Shown: in pieces, positions 9,626-18,100 of the stretch
Position numbering within the stretch: position 1 is the first letter of the stretch
Layout of the letters: each line of letters starts with the position of its first letter
Source of the DNA: a bacterium
Lineage (GTDB): Bacteria > Electryoneota > Electryoneia > Electryoneales > Electryoneaceae
Reading direction: 5' to 3'
Assembly (NCBI GenBank): GCA_963669175.1
Contig: OY769902.1
Coordinates: 2,432,001-2,496,000, forward strand
DNA: 64,000 nucleotides
Translations under genes and position numbers: made by a program
Notes under the pieces: generated by a model
Database searches by the model: none
What the model was told of the DNA's origin: nothing
Seen by the model: the letters and a program-made list of their open reading frames with translations, nothing else

Positions 9626-11893
9626 TCAGTCGCGTTCAAACAGCGCTGCGGTTTCCATATTGGTAACGTAGTTGTCAAAACCACATTCAAATGTTTCCTG
9701 TTTGATCGCATCGGCCTGCACTCGCATTGTCTTTATCTGTTCCTTCATTTCAGCCGTGCTGTCTTTCAATCCCCTGGCCAGCGAAACATTTTCGATTACT
9801 TTTAATTCTTCATCTGAGATCTTGGACATAAGCTGTTGAATTTCTTCAACAGTTCCAGCCAGTGAATCCTTGGTCTCGGACATTTCCTGCTTTGCTGCGA
9901 CAATTTTGTCTCGCTGACCATTCACGAGTTCTTTGGTATCAGCAATCTTATCTTTCACACCTACGACACTCTGGCGTGCCGCGGCTACTTTTTCTTCTGT
10001 TTCGGCCACCTTTGTCTTCAAGTCATTGATTTTATTTTCCATCTGGGTGATGTGTTTTTCCACACCCTTCAGATTCATCGTGTGCGGACTCAGGTAACTG
10101 CTGGTAATGCCAAGCGAATACTTGCCGCCAATAAGAACGCCCAGTTCGCCATTGGTGATGATTTTCTGTTCGAATCCGACACACCCCATAAAATTGTTGC
10201 CCAGGATAATTTCGTTGGACAGACCGGCATAGACATTGAGGTTCAAACCAGCAGTCATCTTGAAGCCGTCTGTATCCACCAGCGTCCAGTAAGGGGCGGC
10301 AGTTTCCCCGCCTTCCGATGCCGGGGGGGGAGGATCGTTGGGAGCGCCCATGCGGACAAACGACTTTTTCGCCGGGACATGCATCTGGATACGTTCGCTG
10401 CCTTCCTTATCCTCGAAATGCATTTGCGTCTGGTTGCCGGTTTGAATCACCGATTTTGTCTGGTTTTCTCCCTTCACCTGGGAAGGAGTGGAGGGATTAT
10501 TCACCGCTCCGGCGATGATGGGACGGTCCGGATCACCATCGGTGAAGGTGACCAGCACCTCAGTGCCCTTATGCAAGGGGAAGTGCATGCCGTGGTTGCT
10601 GCCGGTATAAGGTTGCGCCATGCGGATATAACAACTGGCCTTACCATCAGAACGCCCGGACAGGTCAAACGGCATCACAATCTTGTACCGTCCCTGTTCA
10701 TCCAGCTCTGCATACTGTCCACTGCCAGCAGCATCAATCTTCGCCTCGATCACACCCTGAATCTTCGGCTTGGGAGTTTTGCACTCGGTACGGAACTGCA
10801 AGTCACTCTCAATCGCATGGAACACATTCTTGTAATAGGGATTCTTCTCGTGTTCACTCAATCCCTGCTTGATTCCTGCGATCAGGTATCCCGCCTGGTC
10901 GCCGGACATCTCCATGCGAATCGTCAGGTATTTCCGGTTCAGGTTATCACGATTATGCTTGGCAAGGGTGAAAGTGAATCCGGGACGGATGAACGGGACT
11001 GTGCTGGCCGCATGATAGGTGTTTTTCCTGCATTGATAGCATTCGGCGCGAATTTTTGCCAGACGTTTGCCTGAATCCGGTGTTTTGTAGTGTTCGCCAT
11101 AGGTGATAATCTCGCCCAGACCATGATCGTCTACCGACGCTTCCTGGATCAGGAGGTCATCCGGCTTTTCATAGTTGTATTCCACCAACTGCACCTTGGC
11201 GGGAGTCATGTCACGACGCCAGGTGAACTGCTTTACAACCTCATCACGATGCAAAGTGTCCAGACCTGAAGGGGGGAGATAGGTGATGGTGCCGCCCTGG
11301 GGCATGTCCACATGGGCTATCTTTGTATCGGTAAGGATCAGCTTCTCTTCGCTGTCACCCTGCTCGAAGTAATAGTATATCCCTTCTCGCTCGATCCAGC
11401 GATGGACAAAATTGAAATGAGTCTCGTTGTACTGGCAGATATACGGGAAGGTATCATGGTTGCCCTGCAAACGGATATCAAAATCCTTGCTGGTTAAACC
11501 GCCATCCTTCAGGACTTTTTCCAGTATCCCCTTTACATCCTTGTCCAGGAATACCTGGTTGTGATGGGTTAATTGCAGCCACCAGAACTTGGGAACCAGC
11601 ACAGCTTCGTAGAAATAATACCCATTAAACTCACGTTCGAGGGTAAACTCAATTACAATTCCATGATAGGGAACATCCTCGCCGTCTTTACGATGAACAG
11701 TGAAAGTCGCCTTGCGCTGAACAACGCTGTCCAGATCAATATCACCGTTGGTGGAAACGAGTTGGATGGTAAACTGGTACGGTTCCGATAATCCTTCACG
11801 ACCTGTGAAACTGACCACCGCAAAGGTGTCCTCAGTCAACGCAGGTGATTTGGATGAGAATGAGAAGCGCATTTGGGACGTGTTTTCCAGCAT
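9626..11893 (-). CDS. vgrG: Type VI secretion spike protein VgrG/TssI (first in operon)
   Basis: Same VgrG motifs. Start moved to ATG 11893 (MLENTSQMRFSF) with GGGGAG RBS; the ORF-track extension to 12280 overlaps the promoter and the tetR gene. Confidence 0.9.
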   Translation of the reverse strand: MLENTSQMRFSFSSKSPALTEDTFAVVSFTGREGLSEPYQFTIQLVSTNGDIDLDSVVQRKATFTVHRKDGEDVPYHGIVIEFTLEREFNGYYFYEAVLVPKFWWLQLTHHNQVFLDKDVKGILEKVLKDGGLTSKDFDIRLQGNHDTFPYICQYNETHFNFVHRWIEREGIYYYFEQGDSEEKLILTDTKIAHVDMPQGGTITYLPPSGLDTLHRDEVVKQFTWRRDMTPAKVQLVEYNYEKPDDLLIQEASVDDHGLGEIITYGEHYKTPDSGKRLAKIRAECYQCRKNTYHAASTVPFIRPGFTFTLAKHNRDNLNRKYLTIRMEMSGDQAGYLIAGIKQGLSEHEKNPYYKNVFHAIESDLQFRTECKTPKPKIQGVIEAKIDAAGSGQYAELDEQGRYKIVMPFDLSGRSDGKASCYIRMAQPYTGSNHGMHFPLHKGTEVLVTFTDGDPDRPIIAGAVNNPSTPSQVKGENQTKSVIQTGNQTQMHFEDKEGSERIQMHVPAKKSFVRMGAPNDPPPPASEGGETAAPYWTLVDTDGFKMTAGLNLNVYAGLSNEIILGNNFMGCVGFEQKIITNGELGVLIGGKYSLGITSSYLSPHTMNLKGVEKHITQMENKINDLKTKVAETEEKVAAARQSVVGVKDKIADTKELVNGQRDKIVAAKQEMSETKDSLAGTVEEIQQLMSKISDEELKVIENVSLARGLKDSTAEMKEQIKTMRVQADAIKQETFECGFDNYVTNMETAALFERD

Positions 11894-11963
11894 GTGCAAA
11901 CTCCCCGGTTGCAGGCTGAGCGATAGGTCCACAAAATTGGGCGAAGACCTCAAGAGATCATAC

Positions 11964-11992
11964 AGTATAATACACCCTCCCAACCTTTTCAA
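11964..11992 (-). promoter_or_regulatory. Sigma70-type promoter of the vgrG operon
   Basis: Minus strand TTGAAA-N17-TATACT, about 70 bp upstream of the vgrG start. Confidence 0.65.
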
Positions 11993-12082
11993 TGGATACC
12001 CGTCACACCAACCATGAACTTGGTGAACAGATAAAAAAATGCCTCTTGCCGTAAAGGTAACTATGGCATATATTTGAATCAA

Positions 12083-12105
12083 TGACCAAATTATTTTTAC
12101 AGTCA
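12083..12105. promoter_or_regulatory. Candidate TetR operator
   Basis: TGAC-N15(AT-rich)-GTCA dyad just upstream of the tetR start. Confidence 0.35.
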
Positions 12106-12143
12106 CAGAAACATAAGTTACAGGCAACAGGAGAACAGGAACG

Positions 12144-12755
12144 ATGCCCAAAGCGTTTTCGGAAGAAGAACAAAACCGGATCAGGGAAGCGTTGTTGGCA
12201 TCAGGGCGGGAACGGTTCACCCGGTTTGGGGTGCGTAAGACTACAGTCGATGAGCTGACCGCGGATGCCGGGATCGCCAAGGGGACGTTTTACCGTTTTT
12301 ACGAGTCCAAGGAACTGTTATACCTCGAGGTTCTCGAAGAAGCGGAAGAACGGATTCGTGGCGGCCTGATGCAGGGGATACGTGACGGAGCAGGGGTGGG
12401 TTATGTGTTGTCGGCATTTCTGCATGGTTTGGAGCAGGAACCGCTTTTCAGCCATATCGTGCAGCCGGGTGAGATGGAATACCTGGTCAGTCGAGTCGGC
12501 GCGGAACGGTTGCAGGTTCACATGAAACGCGACCGTGAAGAGCTGCTGGACATGGTCATAGAAATGCAGCATCGCGGCGCTGTCAGTGAGAACATCGAGG
12601 CGGAAGTGCTGGTCGAGTTGCTGCGCGCCCTGATCGCGATTCCCTTGCTGCAACCACGCATGAACCTCAGTAACAAAGCCGAAGTCTATCAACTGCTGAC
12701 GTCTGCCCTTGAGGCTGGACTGGGACCGGGAGGCGACCATGCTGACCGTGAATGA
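12144..12755 (+). CDS. TetR/AcrR family transcriptional regulator
   Basis: N-terminal HTH: F..FGVRKTTVDELTADAGIAKGTFYRFYESKE.L. Confidence 0.92.
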   Translation: MPKAFSEEEQNRIREALLASGRERFTRFGVRKTTVDELTADAGIAKGTFYRFYESKELLYLEVLEEAEERIRGGLMQGIRDGAGVGYVLSAFLHGLEQEPLFSHIVQPGEMEYLVSRVGAERLQVHMKRDREELLDMVIEMQHRGAVSENIEAEVLVELLRALIAIPLLQPRMNLSNKAEVYQLLTSALEAGLGPGGDHADRE

Positions 12756-13593
12756 CCTCAGCTATACCTATCCTGGGAACGACGCTGAAACCCTGCACGG
12801 GCTGAGTTTCGCCATCCCGAAAGGGGAGATTTTCGGCTTCCTGGGACCGTCCGGGGCCGGGAAGAGCACCACGCAGAACCTGTTGATCGGGCTGTTGAAG
12901 GGGTATCGTGGGCATGTCAATTTTGCCGGACGGGAACTCTCCGACTGGAAAAATGACCTCTACACACGTGTCGGCGTGGTCTTCGAGGTGCCCAACCTGT
13001 TCGGCAAGTTGACCGCGCTGGAGAACCTTCGTTTTTTCGGGGCGTTGTATGGAAGGATCTCCAACGATCCGCTTGAATTGCTCGAACTGGTTGGTCTGAA
13101 AGAGGACGCGGACAAGAAGGTGTCCAGCTTCTCCAAGGGCATGCGGATGCGGTTGAATTACTGCCGTGCATTTCTGCATGATCCGGAATTCCTCTTTCTG
13201 GATGAACCGACAGCCGGGTTGGACCCTGCCAATGCTCGCATTATCCGTGATCATATTCTCCGGCAGAAAGCTACGGGCAAGACCATTTTCCTGACTACTC
13301 ACAACATGCACGACGCTGATCAGTTGTGTGATCGGGTGGCGTTTATCGTGGATGGCAGGCTGGAGACCATCGCCTCGCCACGTGAGCTGAAGCTTTCCCA
13401 CGGCACCCGTCGAGTCCGGGTGGAACACCGTGTTAATGGAGGGACAGCCAGCAGGGAATTCGAGTTGGATAAACTTGCGGATAACGGCGGCTTCCTGGAC
13501 ATCCTGCGTGCGGGGAAAGTTGAGACCATTCATACCCTTGAGGCCACACTGGAAGACATTTTTATGGATGTCACCGGCAGGAGGCTGACATGA
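12739..13593 (+). CDS. ABC exporter ATP-binding protein (mycobacterial Rv2688c-like type)
   Basis: Walker A GPSGAGKST, signature FSKGMRMR, Walker B FLDEPT, TTHNM; start 12739 with GGAGG RBS. Confidence 0.9.
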   Translation: MLTVNDLSYTYPGNDAETLHGLSFAIPKGEIFGFLGPSGAGKSTTQNLLIGLLKGYRGHVNFAGRELSDWKNDLYTRVGVVFEVPNLFGKLTALENLRFFGALYGRISNDPLELLELVGLKEDADKKVSSFSKGMRMRLNYCRAFLHDPEFLFLDEPTAGLDPANARIIRDHILRQKATGKTIFLTTHNMHDADQLCDRVAFIVDGRLETIASPRELKLSHGTRRVRVEHRVNGGTASREFELDKLADNGGFLDILRAGKVETIHTLEATLEDIFMDVTGRRLT

Positions 13594-14318
13594 GGCTGCT
13601 ACACGCCATCCGTATGGATATGCTGCTCCAGTGGCGTCAAGGTTTCTACGCGGTATACGGCGGCCTGACTGTATTGTATATCCTGTCCATGCGGTTCCTG
13701 CCCGAGACCATCCGTATCGCCCTGTTTCCCATCATGCTGTTCTCCGATCCGGTGATGATCGGCTTTTACTTCATTGGCGGGATCGTGCTGCTGGAGAAAT
13801 CACAACGTGTGCATTCGGGTCTGTTCACCATGCCTTTACGTCTTCAGGAATACATTATTGCCAAGGTCGTCAGCCTGCTGGTGCTGGCCTTGGGCTCTAG
13901 TTTGCTGATCGCTGTGGGGACGTGGGGATTGGCGATCAACTGGTTGCCGTTGCTGACGGGCGTGATTCTGAGCAGCAGCCTGTTTACCCTGTTCGGACTG
14001 ATTTGTGTCGCTTACAGCCGCAGCCTGAACCACTACCTGATGTTATCTGCCGGGGTGATGGCGTTGACCTCGTCGCCCTTCCTGCATCATTTCGGGATCG
14101 TCAATTCCAACCTGTTCTATTTTCTGCCCACAAAGGCGTCGTTGGTGTTGCTGGACAGTGTGGTCCTGTCCACACATTGGGGCTACCTGCTGTACGCGGT
14201 CGGCTTCCTGGTTATCTGTATGGTGGTGGCGTGGTTCTGGGCGCTGCGGGTACTGAGAAATCATATCGTCTACCCTGTCCATGCGGATGCTGGGAAACAT
14301 GCTTCGGCTAAGGTGTGA
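13590..14318 (+). CDS. ABC-2 type exporter permease
   Basis: About 6 TM segments; motif D...GFYFIGGIVLLEK...L..MPL...EY...KV; coupled to the ATPase. Confidence 0.8.
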   Translation: MRLLHAIRMDMLLQWRQGFYAVYGGLTVLYILSMRFLPETIRIALFPIMLFSDPVMIGFYFIGGIVLLEKSQRVHSGLFTMPLRLQEYIIAKVVSLLVLALGSSLLIAVGTWGLAINWLPLLTGVILSSSLFTLFGLICVAYSRSLNHYLMLSAGVMALTSSPFLHHFGIVNSNLFYFLPTKASLVLLDSVVLSTHWGYLLYAVGFLVICMVVAWFWALRVLRNHIVYPVHADAGKHASAKV

Positions 14319-14328
14319 GGGGGCAACC

Positions 14329-15054
14329 ATGAAAACAACCCTGACACTGGCGTGGCTGGATCTGCGCAACATCTACCGTGAGAGCATGCTGCTGATCATC
14401 GCTATGGTGCCGCTGTTTGTCACGTTGTTGATGCGTTTCGGGATACCGCCGCTGACCACGTGGTCGCTGGAGAAGGGCTTCGACCTTTCCCCGCACGTCG
14501 GATTCATCCACGCCTACCTGCTGCTGTTTCCCGGGATGATGTTGGGCATGGCGGCAGGGTATGTGCTGCTGGACGAACGTGACGAGCAGGTGCTGGCCTG
14601 GTTCAGCGTCACCCCGTTGGGCAAAAACGGCTACCTGAAGTACCGCTTGCTCAGCCCGGTGGTCCTTAGTGTGGCCTACGCCCTGGCGCTGCCGTTGATC
14701 CTGGGGCTGGGCATCGGGACGGCGCTGGTCCTGATCCCGGCGGCGTTCCTGGGCGGATTGCAGGTCATGTTTTTCATCCTTGCGATGGGCGCCTTTGCCG
14801 GGAACAAGGTGGAGGGGCTGGCGTTGGCGAAGTTCCTGAGCGTGATCTATGTTCTCCCGGTCGCGGCCTATATCTTGGGCGAGCCCTGGAAGTGGGTGTT
14901 CCTGCTGGTCCCTTCCGTCAGCGTCACCGAAACGGCGCTGGCTGCAAAAGGTGGGGAATGGGGCATGGTCGCCCTCTACCTGCCCCTCGGCATGCTGGTC
15001 CTGGCCGGGTGGCTGTTCCTGTTGAAGAAACGGTTTGTCAAGAGGATGGGGTGA
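14329..15054 (+). CDS. ABC-2 type exporter permease (second subunit)
   Basis: Hydrophobic; LLDERDE..L....VTPL....YL.YRL and A.NKVEGLALAK motifs of the Rv2686c-like family. Confidence 0.8.
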   Translation: MKTTLTLAWLDLRNIYRESMLLIIAMVPLFVTLLMRFGIPPLTTWSLEKGFDLSPHVGFIHAYLLLFPGMMLGMAAGYVLLDERDEQVLAWFSVTPLGKNGYLKYRLLSPVVLSVAYALALPLILGLGIGTALVLIPAAFLGGLQVMFFILAMGAFAGNKVEGLALAKFLSVIYVLPVAAYILGEPWKWVFLLVPSVSVTETALAAKGGEWGMVALYLPLGMLVLAGWLFLLKKRFVKRMG

Positions 15055-15058
15055 GAAA

Positions 15059-15091
15059 AACCGGGATGTTCAACGAATGAACATCCCGGTT
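15059..15091. terminator. Likely bidirectional intrinsic terminator
   Basis: Perfect 14-bp stem AACCGGGATGTTCA / TGAACATCCCGGTT between convergent genes. Confidence 0.8.
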
Positions 15092-15126
15092 GTATTTCAC
15101 ATTTTCCTGAATGAAAACTTCAAGAA

Positions 15127-18100
15127 CTACTTCACCATCACTATTTTTTGTGTTTTGATATAGCTACCGGCCTCCATCGTTACAAAATAGACACCGGAAG
15201 CAACAGGCAAGCCAGCCTGAGAACGACCATCCCAGATAACCTGGTGATAACCGGCATTCATCTTCCTGTTGACAAGTTGTACAACTCTCTGTCCCAGGAC
15301 ATTGTACACAGTTAGTTGTACATCTGCAGTTTTCGGGAGCGCGTAGGGCACAGTCACACTCGGATTGAACGGATTCGGGTATGCCGGTTCCAAAGCGAAT
15401 TCGGTTGGAAGTGGGCGTTCAGCTCGTGTTCTAATCCCATTATAAAAATTGTACAATGCGGCCCGAAGTTCACCGATTCTATCCTCTACTGTAATACGGC
15501 GCGTGAGAGGTGTTCCTAATCCCTGTACATGCAAGCCAGCGTTGATGATTTCTTCTTCCGCCAACTCAAGCAAATCTGTATTCGCCAGTCCAAGCTCAGC
15601 TCGAATAGAATCAGGAACTTCAATATCTTCGAGAAGCATATTTTCGTAAGTATTACGGGCGCTGGGGAAGTCAGCAAACATCAAGTATGAGGAGGCCTTT
15701 GCAAACTCGATTTCCATGTTAAAAGCAGTATCAACCGTATCACAAGGTATTCCATCCAAATAGGACGCGATATCGCCTGCATCCTCATTCATTTCTCTTT
15801 TCAGGCAACACATTGCACGTAATGCCGGTGCAAATCTGAGTTCGATAAGTTCATCCAGAATATCCTCAACTTCGGCTTGTGCTTCAGCGGAATCCATCAG
15901 CGAATACGCAAGGTCGAGCATACTCTGTGGACTGTCGTCAACTTCAAAAATCTGCCAATAGACTGAATCAGTATTTGAAGTATTTGTGTTGGCCTGGTTG
16001 CATACAATATATGTTGGAGGACTACTTGTAACGGTGAAGAAATAGTAATTATTAGGAATTTCAGTATAGTCAAAGTTACCATCAGCATTGCCGAAGTAGT
16101 TGCCGGACACATCATGTGTACCCGACTCAAGCATGGCTATCATATAGGTCGCATCTGTGGGAGTGGCATCAGTGGAGTATTTATCTATAAAATCATAATT
16201 TCTATTGTAGAAATTCCAGCTACACCCGTTGTTTACCAAGACTTGTGAATTATAAATATTAGGTAGCATGCCACGTTCCAACTCTAAAGCATTATTGGCA
16301 AGTATCAACTCATTTGAATAAGATCCATTGTTATTAACACTTGTCTGACTTTCTAATAATATTCCGGTGCCAAGATTTTCATAAATATGAGTATATAACA
16401 AATTATTAAAATAACAATCTGATGCATTAATGCCTCTATATGTATTGGGATCATCATATCCATTATATCTTATTATATTTGGATTATTACCAAAATAACC
16501 AGCACGCATATTTACTTGATTTATATTATCTAATTCAATACCATCGTAACCACAATATTGAATCGTATTTCCGTAAAGTAATGCATTGACACCATCACGA
16601 ATATCAACGCCTGTTCGTTCTATATTATACACAATACAGTCTCGAATCCATGAATTGTCACTGCTATAATAGTCGACTATACCATAGTCACAGTCTGCGA
16701 TTTTAGATTCTTGAAATTTTGTGTAATATGAGTACATTTTATATATACCATATGTGCATTGTTTAATTGTGGAATACTTTATATGAAGATCTTCATTTTG
16801 CTGCATGCATGCAACGCCAATATTCGCATCTCGGATATCGCAGTACTCAAGTGTGCTAATTTCGTCCTTTATTCCGCCCTGGAAAATAATTCCATTCCAT
16901 GAAATTCCAGAAGGATTCTCTTCAACAGGATAAAACGAAATTCGCTGACTGGATGTGCCAACAGCCACCATGCGACCAAACACCTTAATCATATATTTGC
17001 CATCAAACAGTACTCGTGTTCCTGGAAGAATTGTCAGCGTGACACCATTAGAAACAGTCACATTCCCTGTTATTCGAACCGTGCCGCTCCAGGTCGTATC
17101 CGAGGCAATTGTACCTGATAATCCAGCAATTTTAGGACGAGCACAGATGATCCGTCCTTCACCAGCTTCTAATTCAATAAAATCCATGGTATCAATACCG
17201 CAGTCATATTCAAATGAGTCTATTACCTCTTCACTAATAACATCAACTATTTCCCATGTTGTACCGTTCAACGGATCGTTAAGACCACTACTTTCAGACA
17301 AAAACACAAGCTGAATATTCTGATCACCGGCAGCAATGAAATCATCGCCCGAAGGTTGATGTGTCTTTGTGTTCACAAGATAATAATACTCTTCATTTAC
17401 ATTCTTTTCCGGCCATTTGTAGAAACCTACATATATTGTCGAATTATAGCAAAAGATAAAATCTTGATGGTAGTTGTGCCCATCCGGTCCATTATAAACA
17501 TATTCTTGATCGCCGATAATATCGTACAATTGAAATCGATAATCACGGTGACCAATACAATAGTCTATTGGAGGATATGTAGCGTTATCGCCATTTATGT
17601 CAGTGCAATGAACCCTATTTGTTGCTTCATCGTAATAACTATTATTGTCAAATAGATCCTGATAATATGTTTCAGGATACAAAGCTCTTTTCATAATTTG
17701 TTCGTGTGAATTACATGCTGTAATCCATGACAAGTTCCGAATATAGGCCAATTCTTGCCTAATACTATAACGAGAATAATTGCCGTTCGGGCTATAAAGA
17801 TGTGATATATAATCATATGGTGCTTTAGAAATTTCATAAACTGCATCTTCTCCCACATTAGTGTCGTAATAAGGATAATGTAGTATATTCTCTGGATTAC
17901 TTTCTGTCCATGGTTTTCTTAAGTTAGTTAGACTATTTGTGATATAATCAGTGCCATCCAAAGCTCCGTACCACAACATATTATCTCTAGCTTCATTATT
18001 ACAAACACTATCAATAATTGATCGCGTATAGCCATCAGGCTCACCAATAGCGTTTAAGGTGCCATAATAATAGGTTGAGGCTGGCGAATACATCATTAAT

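Noticed and set aside
11894-12280. 129-aa N-terminal extension of the first VgrG in the ORF track
   Set aside because: It overlaps tetR on the opposite strand and the predicted promoter; paralog alignment and the RBS support ATG 11893.
316-15054. Quinolone-resistance island (Qnr/MfpA-like pentapeptide proteins plus Rv2686c-type exporter)
   Set aside because: The pentapeptide genes are fused or coupled to DUF2169, DUF3540 and vgrG, so they are T6SS accessories; the exporter's substrate cannot be inferred from sequence.
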